Assembly: GCA_049512315.1 (NCBI GenBank)
Contig: JBEKXF010000008.1
Span: 1 to 64,000, forward strand
From: Candidatus Aminicenantales bacterium
GTDB lineage: Bacteria; Acidobacteriota; Aminicenantia; Aminicenantales; Saccharicenantaceae
Length of the DNA stretch: 64,000 nt
Direction: 5' to 3'
Within the stretch, counting starts at the first letter, position 1, and every line of letters starts with the position of its first letter. Shown piece by piece: positions 17,716-27,896 of the stretch. The notes under the pieces were generated by a model. That model ran no database searches. It had not been told where the DNA came from and was given only the letters and a program-made list of their open reading frames with translations. Made by a program: the position numbers and the translations under genes.

Positions 17716-18756
17716 ATGAAACGGCTAGCCTTTCTTTTCGGATGGAGTTTCTTCCTTCTCGTTCCCGCCGCCTGCAAGAAAACCTCTGAGCCCGTCGGCC
17801 CGGCCGGGCGGCCCGGGATCTATGTCGTCGGGATCTTCCAGTCGGTGGATTCGCCCACGGCGGACGAGGTCCGTAAAGGGATCCTCCAGGCATTTGAAGA
17901 CAGCGGCCTGCGGGACGGCGAGAACGTCCGGGTCCGGATCCGGATCGCCAACGGGGACATCTCCGAGGTTCAGCGGATCGCCCGGGAGTTCGTCGACGAG
18001 AAAGTGGACCTGGTCATCCCCCTCACGACGCAGTGCCTCCAGGCGGCCCTCATCGCCGGCCGCTCGACCCCGATCGTCTTCGGGTCCGTCGCCACTCCCT
18101 TTCTCGTCGGCGCGGGGAGAACCGCGGACGACCATCTGAGCTACGTCACGGGCGTGGCTTCGACCGGGCCTGTCCGGCAGGCCGTCAAGCTCATCCACGA
18201 GGTCCTGCCTAAGGCCAGACGGTTGGGAACGCTCTGGACGCCCTCGGAGGTCAATTCGGAGTACTATCTGGATCTGGCCCGGGATGCCGCCGCCGAGCTC
18301 GGCCTGGAGATCGTGGCCGTCCCGGTGGCCGACGCCCACGAGATCCCGCAGTCGGCCCAGATCCTGGTCAATGCCAAGGTCGACGCTCTTTTCCCGATCT
18401 CCGACAACACCATCAACACCTCGTTCGACGTCCTCGGGCGGGCGGCCGAGGAGAACCGGCTGCCCCTCTTCGGCGGCTTCCTCCGTTCCGTGGAGTTCGG
18501 GGCCTGCGCCGCGGTCGGTTACAATTTTCACGACTTGGGATACAAGACGGGGCAGCTGGCGGTCCGGGTCAAGAACGGCGAGAGCCCGGCCCGGATCCCC
18601 ATCCAGTTCATGACCGACGTTAAGATCGATCTCAACCTGGACGCCGCGGAGAAGCAGGGCGTGATCTTCCCGAAGGAGGTCCTGGCCAGGGCCGCGAAGA
18701 TCATCCGCCCGGCTTCCGGGACCGGCCCGGCCGGAGATCCCGGCAGCAGAAAATAA
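17716..18756 (+). CDS. ABC substrate-binding lipoprotein (ABC_sub_bind/TrpX-like), orphan
   Basis: Lipobox VPAAC; ANGD, PSEVNS, DNT, GYKTG motifs. Confidence 0.8.
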   Translation: MKRLAFLFGWSFFLLVPAACKKTSEPVGPAGRPGIYVVGIFQSVDSPTADEVRKGILQAFEDSGLRDGENVRVRIRIANGDISEVQRIAREFVDEKVDLVIPLTTQCLQAALIAGRSTPIVFGSVATPFLVGAGRTADDHLSYVTGVASTGPVRQAVKLIHEVLPKARRLGTLWTPSEVNSEYYLDLARDAAAELGLEIVAVPVADAHEIPQSAQILVNAKVDALFPISDNTINTSFDVLGRAAEENRLPLFGGFLRSVEFGACAAVGYNFHDLGYKTGQLAVRVKNGESPARIPIQFMTDVKIDLNLDAAEKQGVIFPKEVLARAAKIIRPASGTGPAGDPGSRK

Positions 18757-18842
18757 GCAAGGCTGATCTCATCCATCGCCTTTTCGTTTGGTTTGCATCC
18801 GAGTCGGCGGGCGGCATCCGTCCTCTTGCCGGAATCGCGGTC

Positions 18843-19616
18843 TTAGAACGGGAATGAGAAGGCCGCCCGCCCCTTCCCGGCGGGGGCGGCCTTCCGGATG
18901 CCCTGAACGGTCAGGCCGATCGCGCGGCGGCAGGCCTCTTCAAGGCCGCGGCCGCAAGCAAGGTAGCCGAGGATGGCCGCGGACAGGAAGCACCCGGTGC
19001 CGTGGACCCTTTTGTCGAGCCTCTCGTGCCGGAAGACCGCATAGGCCCGCCCGTCGAAAAGGACATCCGCGACTTCGCCCCGGAGATGACCGCCCTTGAC
19101 GAGGCAGGGGACAAGGCCCGATCGGCAGATCCGCAGGGCCGCCTCCTTCATATCTTCGACCGTCCGGATGAGGAGGCCCGTGAGGGCTGACGCCTCGTCC
19201 AGGTTGGGCGTGATCAGGCTCGCCTTGCTTTTCATGAGACCGAGAAAACGGGGGACGGCCCTTTTTTCGAGAAGCAGGGCCCCGGAGCTGGATCTGAAAA
19301 CAGGGTCGACGACCCGGGGGATGGAGGGGTTGGCGGCGAGGATCCGGGCCGCTGCGGCCAGGTTTTCAAGCGTGCCGGTCATCCCTGTTTTGATCCCCCC
19401 GAAGCGCGTCCCCTCGACGAGAGCCTCGTACTGGCTCCGGACCAGCCCCGGCGGCAGATGGAAGGCCTTCTTCATCTCGGCCGCGTTCTGGACCGTGACC
19501 GAGGTCAGGATCCCGGATCCCCTGAAGCCGAGATGCCTGAACACCTGGATATCGAGGCCGACGCCGGCCCCGCCCGAGGGATCGTAACCAGCGATCGAGA
19601 GAAGATTTTTTTTCAT
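18843..19616 (-). CDS. thiD: Hydroxymethylpyrimidine(-phosphate) kinase
   Basis: IAGYDPSGGAG, IKTGM, VDPV, ITPNLDEA, KGGH, HGTGC. Confidence 0.9.
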   Translation of the reverse strand: MKKNLLSIAGYDPSGGAGVGLDIQVFRHLGFRGSGILTSVTVQNAAEMKKAFHLPPGLVRSQYEALVEGTRFGGIKTGMTGTLENLAAAARILAANPSIPRVVDPVFRSSSGALLLEKRAVPRFLGLMKSKASLITPNLDEASALTGLLIRTVEDMKEAALRICRSGLVPCLVKGGHLRGEVADVLFDGRAYAVFRHERLDKRVHGTGCFLSAAILGYLACGRGLEEACRRAIGLTVQGIRKAAPAGKGRAAFSFPF

Positions 19617-19672
19617 GCGCCCGGCTTTCCGACGCAATTTTATCATATTCCAGCCGCCCGGACCCCATCCGA

Positions 19673-19705
19673 AGAGTTGACAACTCTCCATGAATATAAT
19701 ATAGA
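19673..19705 (+). promoter_or_regulatory. fadL promoter with a perfect 7-1-7 palindrome over the -35 box
   Basis: AGAGTTG-A-CAACTCT at 19673-19687 contains TTGACA (19677); AT-rich -10 region near 19695-19705. Confidence 0.55.
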
Positions 19706-19736
19706 TTCGGGAAAAGTCCGATTTTGGAGGGAAAAA

Positions 19737-21023
19737 ATGACGAAGAAACTTAGCTTGGGCCTGGCCGTCATCCTGCTCCTGACGTCCGGGCTCCTGGCCA
19801 ACGGCCTGAACCTGAACGGCTTCGGCGCCCGGGCGGCTTCCATGGGCGGCGCGTTCGTCGGCCTGGCCGATGATTACACGGCCGTCTTCTGGAACCCGGC
19901 CGGCCTGGCGCTGATGAAAAAGGCAACCTTCGGGCTGACGGGCGACCTTCTCATCCCGACGAGCCAGTACGACCTGGCCACGTTCAGCATGAAGACCAAC
20001 GCCAAGTATTATCCCGCCGGCCTTGTCGGCTTCTTCCAGCCCATCGGCGACCGGGTGGTCGTGGGCCTGGGCGCATATACTCTGTCCGGCCTGGGCGCGG
20101 ACTGGAACAACACGGGCCTCGAGTCGATGCTCATCTATCCCACTCCGGCCTCGGCCTTCACCCCGCCGGTCGGGAACTACACCTGGAAGAGCTTCATCGG
20201 CTCGATCACCATCGCCCCGGCGATCGCCGTCAAGCTCACCGACCAGATCCTCTTCGGTGCCACTTTCAACATCAACTACGGCTTTTTTAAAGTCGACCAA
20301 TGGGGCGAATTCCAGGTCATTACCAAACCCCCGATGCTCTTCAACCGCGGCCAGCGGACCATGAATGTCAAAGGCTGGGGATATGGAGCGACGTTCGGAA
20401 TCCTGGTCAAGCCGACCGACCGGGTCAGCTTCGGCCTCACGTACAGGCTCCAATCCACGATCAAGTTGTCCGGAACAGTGGGCCTGGAAAACCTCCCTCT
20501 CCTGAGCGCGAGTCTCCCGGACACGTCGGATGCGAAGCTGACGGCCAAGAGCCCGGCCTGGCTGGCCGGCGGTATCGCCGTCAAGCCCATCCAGAACCTG
20601 ACGATGAGCTTTGACCTCCAGTGGACCAACTGGAAGAAGCTGGATGTCTTGACGATATCGCTCCTGGACCCTGCCTGGAACGCGGCGGGCGTCTCGCAGA
20701 GCACCTTGGACCTTCATTGGGCCAACAAGATCCAGATCCGCGGCGGCCTTGAATACACCATGGGCGATTTCGCTGTCAGGGCCGGGTACTACTACGACCC
20801 CGCCCCCGCTCCGGACTCCACCATGAACATCCTGCTGCCGGGCTTCACATACAATACCGTCACTGCAGGTTTCGGCTATAAGGCAGGCAACTTCGGGATC
20901 GACCTGGGCTTGGAATACCTGATGGGCCAGAAACGGACGATCACCGACCTGGCCGCTGATATGCCGGGGATCTACCAGATGCACATCCTCGTCCCGATGA
21001 TCTCCCTCGGCTACGGCTGGTAA
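19737..21023 (+). CDS. fadL: OmpP1/FadL-family outer-membrane transporter
   Basis: Signal peptide, NGLNLNGFGARAASMGGA, FWNPAGL, C-terminal aromatic strand. Confidence 0.9.
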   Translation: MTKKLSLGLAVILLLTSGLLANGLNLNGFGARAASMGGAFVGLADDYTAVFWNPAGLALMKKATFGLTGDLLIPTSQYDLATFSMKTNAKYYPAGLVGFFQPIGDRVVVGLGAYTLSGLGADWNNTGLESMLIYPTPASAFTPPVGNYTWKSFIGSITIAPAIAVKLTDQILFGATFNINYGFFKVDQWGEFQVITKPPMLFNRGQRTMNVKGWGYGATFGILVKPTDRVSFGLTYRLQSTIKLSGTVGLENLPLLSASLPDTSDAKLTAKSPAWLAGGIAVKPIQNLTMSFDLQWTNWKKLDVLTISLLDPAWNAAGVSQSTLDLHWANKIQIRGGLEYTMGDFAVRAGYYYDPAPAPDSTMNILLPGFTYNTVTAGFGYKAGNFGIDLGLEYLMGQKRTITDLAADMPGIYQMHILVPMISLGYGW

Positions 21024-21045
21024 TTCCCTATCGGTTGGACTCGAC

Positions 21046-21076
21046 ACGGGGAGGGCGAAAGCCCTCCCCGTTTTTT
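21046..21076 (+). terminator. Intrinsic terminator
   Basis: ACGGGGAGGGC-GAAA-GCCCTCCCCGT followed by a T-run. Confidence 0.9.
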
Positions 21077-21167
21077 ATCCCCTCGGCCTTTCGCCGGCCG
21101 GCTCAACCGCGGCCCTCCCGGGGCGCCGGGATTGTGAGGCCGTTTTCCCTGTGCTAGAATCCCGGCG

Positions 21168-21458
21168 ATGGGACAACCGGCCAGGGTCCATGTCATCGTT
21201 TCGGGACGCGTCCAGGGCGTCGCCTATCGTTACTTCGCCGAAAAACGGGCGGCCTCGCTGGGCATCACCGGCTGGGTCCGGAATCTTTATGACGGCCGGG
21301 TCGAAGTCCTAGCGGAGGGAGACCGGGCGGACCTCGAGCTGTTCCTCGGGGAGCTCAGGAAAGGCCCGCGTCTGGCCCAGATCGACGACCTCGAAATCAG
21401 GTGGGCCGACTACACCGGCGAATTCCCTTCCTTCCTGATCACATTTTCAGGGGATTAG
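21168..21458 (+). CDS. acyP: Acylphosphatase
   Basis: VSGRVQGVAYR, GWVRNLYDGRVE. Confidence 0.95.
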   Translation: MGQPARVHVIVSGRVQGVAYRYFAEKRAASLGITGWVRNLYDGRVEVLAEGDRADLELFLGELRKGPRLAQIDDLEIRWADYTGEFPSFLITFSGD

Positions 21459-21709
21459 CCGGCCCGGGATTTCCGGCGGCATTCCTCGGAGCAGAAGAAG
21501 CGCTCCCGCCCGTCGCGGACTTCGCGGATCGCCTCCTCCTTGGGGATGTAGGTGTTGCAGACATCGTCCTTGACCATCACGCCCTGGATCTGGCGGGGCG
21601 GGTCGGGCGCTTTCCGGACCCGGGTCGCCGCCCGGTAGATGCGGAAAATAAAGTAAGCGACATAAAGGAGGAGGACGAAGAAGAAGAACCGGAACAATCC
21701 GCCGATCAT
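21455..21709 (-). CDS. Small membrane-anchored YHS/TRASH-domain protein
   Basis: N-terminal TM helix, MVKDDVCNTYIP, FFCSEECR. Confidence 0.8.
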   Translation of the reverse strand: MIGGLFRFFFFVLLLYVAYFIFRIYRAATRVRKAPDPPRQIQGVMVKDDVCNTYIPKEEAIREVRDGRERFFCSEECRRKSRAG

Positions 21710-21829
21710 GAGACGAATTTAGATGATTTCCCGGACCCTGTCAATTCTCCCAATCCCTTCATGGAGTGTCATGGCCGCTTGATTCGCCGGGGATTGAAAA
21801 GTAAGATGATGGAGGAAATGTTGAGCCCC

Positions 21830-22480
21830 ATGGACGCCTTTCTCACGCCGGAACAAAAAGCCCTCAGGAAGGACATCCGCGATCATTTCCGGGAGGTCGC
21901 GCCGGCGGACTCCGAAAGCGCGCCGGCAGGTCCGGCGGCCCTGACGGCGATCAGCCGGAAACTGAAGGACCTTGGGTATCCGGATCTCCCGGGCGCTGGG
22001 CCCGGGATGGGACGGATGGGGCTCATCGAAAAAGCCCTGATCATCGAGGAAGTCTCGGCCGCCGCTCCGGAGCTGGGCCGGGCCATTTTCGCGGCCGGCG
22101 GAGGGCCGGCCGGCCGGATTGGTCCGGAGGACTCCGTGGCCGAAGTGGCCCGGGACATCGGGACGGCCGCGGCAGTCCTCAGATCGTGTCTGGAGGCCGC
22201 CCGGGATAAGGGGCTTTTCGAGAGCACGCTCATGAATCATCAAAAGGCCCAGATGGACCTCGCGGACGTCCTTTCCGGTCTCGAGGCCGTCCGGCTTCAG
22301 GCCTACCGGGCCCTCCGCCTTCTCGACCGGGGGGACGGGGAACGGGGCGATGAGGAGCTCCGGCGCGTCGCCGGCCGCGTCCGGGAGACCCTCGGCGAAG
22401 CCCGGGCCCTGGCCTCGGCCCTGGCCGGCGGGCGCGGGCTCACGGATAGAATCCCTGGACAAGAAAGGAACGGACCATGA
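21830..22480 (+). CDS. Short acyl-CoA dehydrogenase-like protein lacking the middle domain (start uncertain, 21806-21830)
   Basis: FLTPEQKALRKDIRDHF and ALIIEEVS (N-domain) joined to FESTLMNHQKAQMDLAD..RLQAYRA (C-domain). Confidence 0.65.
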   Translation: MDAFLTPEQKALRKDIRDHFREVAPADSESAPAGPAALTAISRKLKDLGYPDLPGAGPGMGRMGLIEKALIIEEVSAAAPELGRAIFAAGGGPAGRIGPEDSVAEVARDIGTAAAVLRSCLEAARDKGLFESTLMNHQKAQMDLADVLSGLEAVRLQAYRALRLLDRGDGERGDEELRRVAGRVRETLGEARALASALAGGRGLTDRIPGQERNGP

Positions 22481-23442
22481 AGCTCGAAAGCCTGTACCGG
22501 AAAGCCGTCGCCGTCGGCATCGCCAATGACCCCAGGGGCCCCGCGGAGCTCCGCAGAATCCTGGACGATGAGCGGACCAGATCGAAGTCGCTCAAGGACG
22601 ATGAACGCGAATCCTGGGAAGAGGACCGCCTGTTCAATCCCTACACCGACACGCGGATCCTCGCCGGCGACCCGGCGACCGAGGTCAAGAAAGTCATCGT
22701 CGGGATCGACATGGACGCCGGGGAGATCCTCATCGCCTACACCCTCAACAGGGACCGGGCTGAGAAGATCGACCTCGTCATCGCCCATCATCCCCAGGGC
22801 GTCGCCCTGGCCCAGCTCCCCGGGGTCATGCACCTGCAGTCGGACATGCTGGCCGCCTTCGGCGTCAACATCTCCGTCGCCGAACAGCTCATGGACAAGC
22901 GAATCGGCGAAGTGGAACGGCGCGTCCTCCCGGTCAACCACAACCGGGCGGTCGACGCGGCCCGGCTTCTCGGCCTCCCGATGATGTGCGTCCACACGCC
23001 CGCCGACAACTGCGTCAACACCTACCTCACCGCGCTGTTCGACAAAGAAAAGCCGGCACGGCTCAAGGATGCCGTCGACGCGCTGAAGAGGATCCCCGAA
23101 TACGGCAAGGCTGTCCGGCGGATGGCCGGGCCGAAGATTGTCAGCGGTTCGGAGAACGCCCGGTGCGGGAGGATCTGCCTGGAGATGACAGGGGGGACCG
23201 AAGGCGCCAAGACGATCTACGAGCAGTACGCCGTCTCGGGCGTGAGCACGATCGTCGGCATGCACATCAGCGAGGAGGCCCTCGAGAACGCCAAGAAAGC
23301 CCACCTCAACGTCATCATCGCCGGCCACGTCTCGAGCGATACCCTGGGGCTGAACCTCCTGTTCGACGAGGTCGAGGCGGACGGCCGCCTGGAGTTCGTC
23401 AGCGCCTCCGGGTTCGAGAGGATCAGGAAAGCCGACCGCTAG
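22477..23442 (+). CDS. NIF3/NGG1-interacting-factor-like metal-binding protein
   Basis: VGIDMD, AHHP, HTPADN, AGHVSSD. Confidence 0.85.
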   Translation: MKLESLYRKAVAVGIANDPRGPAELRRILDDERTRSKSLKDDERESWEEDRLFNPYTDTRILAGDPATEVKKVIVGIDMDAGEILIAYTLNRDRAEKIDLVIAHHPQGVALAQLPGVMHLQSDMLAAFGVNISVAEQLMDKRIGEVERRVLPVNHNRAVDAARLLGLPMMCVHTPADNCVNTYLTALFDKEKPARLKDAVDALKRIPEYGKAVRRMAGPKIVSGSENARCGRICLEMTGGTEGAKTIYEQYAVSGVSTIVGMHISEEALENAKKAHLNVIIAGHVSSDTLGLNLLFDEVEADGRLEFVSASGFERIRKADR

Positions 23443-23449
23443 GGAAGGG

Positions 23450-23965
23450 TCACAGCCCGCCGTAGTGCCCTTGGACGTAGAGGGTCATGGCCCAGCGGGC
23501 GAAGGCCCTGGCTTCGGCCAGGTCGTGCTCATCGGGATGCGTGGCCGCGGAGGCCGCCATATCCGCCCAGGCCTCGTGTTCCGGGGACTTCATCAGGACC
23601 TCGAGGGCCTGCATCGACACCTTTCCCCGGCAGGAGAACGTGCCGACAAGCTGGGCCTTGGACACCAGGACCGAAGCGTACTCCAGGGCTTCCCGCGAGA
23701 GCTTGCTTCCGGTCACCGAACCGTGCGTCGAAAAAAGGGCGACCTTCTTCCCTTCGGGGATCTTCTTGAGGAACACCTCGGCCGGATAAGGGACGCTGTG
23801 CGTCTGGACCGGGAACCCGGCGAAGATGTTCTGGTAGGGGGCCAGGTTCTCGACCTCCGCCATGGGCTTGAGGACCTTGTCCCCGGCGATCTCGTCGAAG
23901 ATCGCCTCGGCGACTTTTTGCGTGTTCCCCGTCCGGCTGAAATAGGTCACGAGGGTCTTGGGCAT
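23450..23965 (-). CDS. Flavodoxin-like protein
   Basis: YFSRTGNTQKVAEAI, FSTHG, HPDEHDL. Confidence 0.85.
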   Translation of the reverse strand: MPKTLVTYFSRTGNTQKVAEAIFDEIAGDKVLKPMAEVENLAPYQNIFAGFPVQTHSVPYPAEVFLKKIPEGKKVALFSTHGSVTGSKLSREALEYASVLVSKAQLVGTFSCRGKVSMQALEVLMKSPEHEAWADMAASAATHPDEHDLAEARAFARWAMTLYVQGHYGGL

Positions 23966-24032
23966 GGCACGTTTCCTTTCTCCGTCCCGGCCTCGGTCCG
24001 TTATTGTCCCAAAAAACGCCGCGGAATTCCAA

Positions 24033-27000
24033 TCATTCCTCGACCGGAAGCTCGATCGTCACCATCGTGCCCGCGCGCGGCTCGCTCGAGACCTGGATCG
24101 TCCCGCCGTGCTCCTCGATGATCTTCTTGGCGATCGGCAGGCCGAGGCCGGTGCCGGAGTCCTTGGTCGAGAAATAGGGGTCGAAGATGCGCTCGATCGT
24201 CTCGCGGCTCATCCCGGGACCCGTGTCGCGGATGACGATCCTGAGCTTCGATCCTTCGCGGCTGAGGCTGAGGCCGACCTCTCCCTTTTGGCTGATGGCT
24301 TCGACGGCGTTGGCGACGATGTTCCGGAGGGCGGTCTTGAGCTTGGCCGCGTCCCCCCGGGTCCGGAAATCCCGGCCGGAGTAGACGACCTTGAACCTGA
24401 TCCTCTCGGAGAGGAACTTCCGGTACGGTAGGACGGTGTCCTCCAGGACTTCGGCCAGGTCCAGGGGGTCCTTGTGGAGGGTCGTGTCTCTGGAGATCTC
24501 CATGAACTCCTGGGCGATCCGCCGCAGGTTCTCGACCTCGCTGATGATGTAGGACATGGACTCCTTGAGGGCCTGGCTGAAGTCGCCCTTCTTGTCCTCG
24601 TACACCTTGAGGACATGCTCGGCCGAGAGCTGGATCGGCGTCAGGGGGTTCTTGATCTCGTGGGCGACCTTCCGGGCCATCTCGGTCCAGGCGACCTTCT
24701 TGCTCATGTCCGCCAGCTCCTGCTCGTGGGCCTTGAGGTTCTTGGTCATCGTGTTGAAGCCATCGATGAGGGTCATCATCTCGTCGTGGGACTTGTGGTC
24801 GATCCGGACCTCGAGGTTCCCCAGGCCCACCTCGCGGGTCCCGGCCAGGAGCTTGCGGACGGGGACGATGACGATCGACCGGATCCCCCGGGAGAAGAGG
24901 ATGACCAGGACGGTGAAGAAGGCGGCGAGCAGGACGAGGAACTCGACGATCTCGCGCGTCGCCCGGGCGATCTCCTGCTGCTCGAAGGGGAAGGGGAGCG
25001 AGATGAATAGGGTCGAATTCTCGAAGGCATACGGCACGGTCAGCGTCTGGAAGGAATACCCGCCGATCGACGTCCGCTGGGTATAGAACGGCTTCTTGCC
25101 GTAGATGAGGCTCTCATAGGCCTCGCCGTCGAGGAGGTCCGGAAGCAGCCCGGTGTCGAAGAACTCCCCCCGGCTCGAGGCCACGAGGATGGCGTCCCGA
25201 TAGAGGTTGACGTCGTTCGCGAGGGTCGAGCTGATCCAAAGGGCGAGGTCCGCGGTCGGGGCGAGGTAGGGGGAGATATTCTTGTCCCTGACGATGAGGA
25301 AGGCCTCGAGGAGGCTCTGGGCGTAGCTGGCGTGGATCGCGGCGTCCTCGACGAACCGCTCCGCGAAGATCCGGTCGAACAGGCTCCGGGTGAAGACCGT
25401 GTACATGAGGAGGGGGACGAGGGCCACGGCCAAAAAGGCCGCGTAGACCCGGTTGGAGAATGACCAGAGGGGCCGGGAGAAGCGCGCTTTCCCCGCCAGA
25501 AGGGTGAAAAGGATGAGGACGGCCGCGGCGACGGCCAGGTCGAAAAAGAAGAGCCTCAGGAATTCGACGGTCCTGGTCTTGAGCTTCTTCAGCGGCGTGA
25601 ACAGCATGTACAGGCGGTCCTGGGTCTTGAAGAGATAGGAGTCATAGGATGTCCCCTTCTCCTCGAATCGGGACCAGATGGGTCGTCCGGACGCGGCCAG
25701 CCCGCTCACGTCGCCCGCGGAGACCCCGAACGTCAGCTTCTGGGGGTTGAATAAGGGGTTCCCCTCGAGGTCGTAGATGGCGCAGCCGAAATCGAACTGG
25801 TTCAACGAGGGCATGGGATCGGTCCGGAGGACTTCGAAGTAGGGGTTGGCCGAATAAAGGAACGGGAGCATTTCCGGGTCCAGCGACACATAGAGGATCA
25901 GCCGCCCGAGGTAATGGCTCTCGTCGCTCCAGTCCTTGTATCCGATGAGGAATTCCTTTTCCTTCCCGATGAAGCTCAAGGACTGCCGGACGATAGTCCA
26001 GGTCCCCGAGCGTCCAAGCTCGGGGGGCTTGATATAGTACTTGGGGACGTTGAGGGAGAACCAGCTCAGGCTGTTTCCCTCGGCGTCGCGGAGCTCGAGG
26101 CTCGAATACCAGTTGAACTTGGCGACGAGACTTTTTTGCCAGAGCGAATGGGCGAAATTGGGGTCGGAGGGGTTCTTGAGATAGGAAACGATGGAGCGCT
26201 GGTTCCGGTCGATGTCCGGGAAGGACTGCTCCATCAGAAAGTCGCCCCACGCTTCCTGGGCCAGGATGGCCCGTTTCAGCGTCGTCTCGAGGAGGGTATG
26301 GGTCCGGACCGCCGTCAAGCTGTTCAGGGACTGGGCCGTCCATAAAGCCGCCAGAAGGAGACCGAGGATGAGGATTTCGCGCCGGCGGAGGAGCTCGGGC
26401 ATGGAGGCGATGACGAAGACCCACGAGAGGAGCGCCAGATGGAAAAGGAGAAGGAGCGGGGACCTGTCTTCCCCCCGGATGAGAAGGACCGCGCCGGCCG
26501 TCGCCGTGACGAACAGGAAAGACAGGGCGCGGTTCCCGGCGGTCCGGGCCGCCAGCCTGAAGGCCAGGGACAGGACGATGAGCAGGGCCGTCAGGAAAAG
26601 GAGCAGACTGAGGTGGAGGACGAGGAATGGCGCCTTGAGGGTCCAGCGAAGGAGGGAGAGGTTGGAATTCAAAACGAGGTGTCTGAGGATCCCCAGGAAG
26701 CCGATGAGGCCCGAGGCCGCCAGCGCGCCGGCCAGGACGTGGAGGGACGGAGAGACCAGGTGCCCGGACTTCTCCCGGCCGGCCTGGAAGAGAGGCCTTC
26801 CGTAGACGGCCAGGCAGGCGGCCAAGGTGAAGATGAGAAGGGACGTCAGGAAGATGTCGGCCGGCGACCGGGTCAGGTTCCCGGGTGACCGGAATCCGGC
26901 CACGGCCGGAGAAAAAACGGGCAGTAACTGGACCCTTTCCAGCCGGCCGAGGGGAAGGGCGATGAGCCTCAGCCCGATGGAGATGGCCACGATGAGGATC

Positions 27001-27896
27001 CCCGGCAGGGCCTTGCGGTCCTTGATGAAACCCGGCGAGGTCCAGAGGAAAATGAGGGCCAGGACGCCTCCGGCGCCCAGAAGAAGGAGGAGGACCAGCC
27101 AGAGATCTTCCCTGACCCCGGTCAGCTTCGAGGTCAGCGAAGGGGAGGACAGGGTCACGGTGGCGATGATCCGGCCCGCTTCATTACGGAGCGGGAAGAA
27201 AAGGGTCTGGATCTCGTTCTCCTGCCGGGGCTGGCCGGCGAATTCGTCGCTGTGGCGGGCGAAGAGCTTCTCGAAACCGGATACGTCCTGCTGGAAATCC
27301 CAGTAATCGATGTCAAAATCCGTCCGGAAGGCCCGCTGGAGGGCCTCGTACTCGAGGACGTACGAGGATTGGAACTGGGGAATGAAGGCCAGGAGCTTGA
27401 AGTGGGCGAGCAGACTTCCGTCCTTGCCCCGGGGCTTTATGGCGACCAAGTAGACCGAGGACTTGCTCCGGATAAGGAAGGCGGCCGATTGCCCTTTCAA
27501 GGCCTTGAGGCTCTCGGGCGGAATGACGTCGATGAGGCTCAGGACGTTCCCGTACCAGACGACCGGGTTGCCGTCCCCGTTGGTCAGGGCGATCCCCTCG
27601 GTCTCGGGGTCGAGCCCTGATTTCTTGAACAGCGGAAAATAAACCTCCGGGTCGGCGGGCAGGGGCGCCTGAGCGAAGAGCGCTTCCTTCGATCCGAGCC
27701 CGGCCAGCAGACGGGCGAACTCTTTCCGGACATCCTGGGCCTGGCCCTTCAGAAACGCCAGGCTTTTCTGGTCGTAATTCCTGGACAGGAATCCCGGCAG
27801 GGCCAGCGAAAGGAGGGCGACGAGCAAGGCCAGAGCGGCGGCGGCGGCCGAGCCCGCAAGAAGGACGTTCCGGCCGCGGATCCCTTTGCCGGCCAT
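24033..27896 (-). CDS. Large multi-pass membrane histidine kinase (HAMP-HisKA-HATPase, NtrY-like)
   Basis: Many TM helices; WTEMARKVAHEIKNPLTPIQL, NAVEA, DTGPG, FDPYFSTK, GTGLGL. Confidence 0.92.
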   Translation of the reverse strand: MAGKGIRGRNVLLAGSAAAAALALLVALLSLALPGFLSRNYDQKSLAFLKGQAQDVRKEFARLLAGLGSKEALFAQAPLPADPEVYFPLFKKSGLDPETEGIALTNGDGNPVVWYGNVLSLIDVIPPESLKALKGQSAAFLIRSKSSVYLVAIKPRGKDGSLLAHFKLLAFIPQFQSSYVLEYEALQRAFRTDFDIDYWDFQQDVSGFEKLFARHSDEFAGQPRQENEIQTLFFPLRNEAGRIIATVTLSSPSLTSKLTGVREDLWLVLLLLLGAGGVLALIFLWTSPGFIKDRKALPGILIVAISIGLRLIALPLGRLERVQLLPVFSPAVAGFRSPGNLTRSPADIFLTSLLIFTLAACLAVYGRPLFQAGREKSGHLVSPSLHVLAGALAASGLIGFLGILRHLVLNSNLSLLRWTLKAPFLVLHLSLLLFLTALLIVLSLAFRLAARTAGNRALSFLFVTATAGAVLLIRGEDRSPLLLLFHLALLSWVFVIASMPELLRRREILILGLLLAALWTAQSLNSLTAVRTHTLLETTLKRAILAQEAWGDFLMEQSFPDIDRNQRSIVSYLKNPSDPNFAHSLWQKSLVAKFNWYSSLELRDAEGNSLSWFSLNVPKYYIKPPELGRSGTWTIVRQSLSFIGKEKEFLIGYKDWSDESHYLGRLILYVSLDPEMLPFLYSANPYFEVLRTDPMPSLNQFDFGCAIYDLEGNPLFNPQKLTFGVSAGDVSGLAASGRPIWSRFEEKGTSYDSYLFKTQDRLYMLFTPLKKLKTRTVEFLRLFFFDLAVAAAVLILFTLLAGKARFSRPLWSFSNRVYAAFLAVALVPLLMYTVFTRSLFDRIFAERFVEDAAIHASYAQSLLEAFLIVRDKNISPYLAPTADLALWISSTLANDVNLYRDAILVASSRGEFFDTGLLPDLLDGEAYESLIYGKKPFYTQRTSIGGYSFQTLTVPYAFENSTLFISLPFPFEQQEIARATREIVEFLVLLAAFFTVLVILFSRGIRSIVIVPVRKLLAGTREVGLGNLEVRIDHKSHDEMMTLIDGFNTMTKNLKAHEQELADMSKKVAWTEMARKVAHEIKNPLTPIQLSAEHVLKVYEDKKGDFSQALKESMSYIISEVENLRRIAQEFMEISRDTTLHKDPLDLAEVLEDTVLPYRKFLSERIRFKVVYSGRDFRTRGDAAKLKTALRNIVANAVEAISQKGEVGLSLSREGSKLRIVIRDTGPGMSRETIERIFDPYFSTKDSGTGLGLPIAKKIIEEHGGTIQVSSEPRAGTMVTIELPVEE

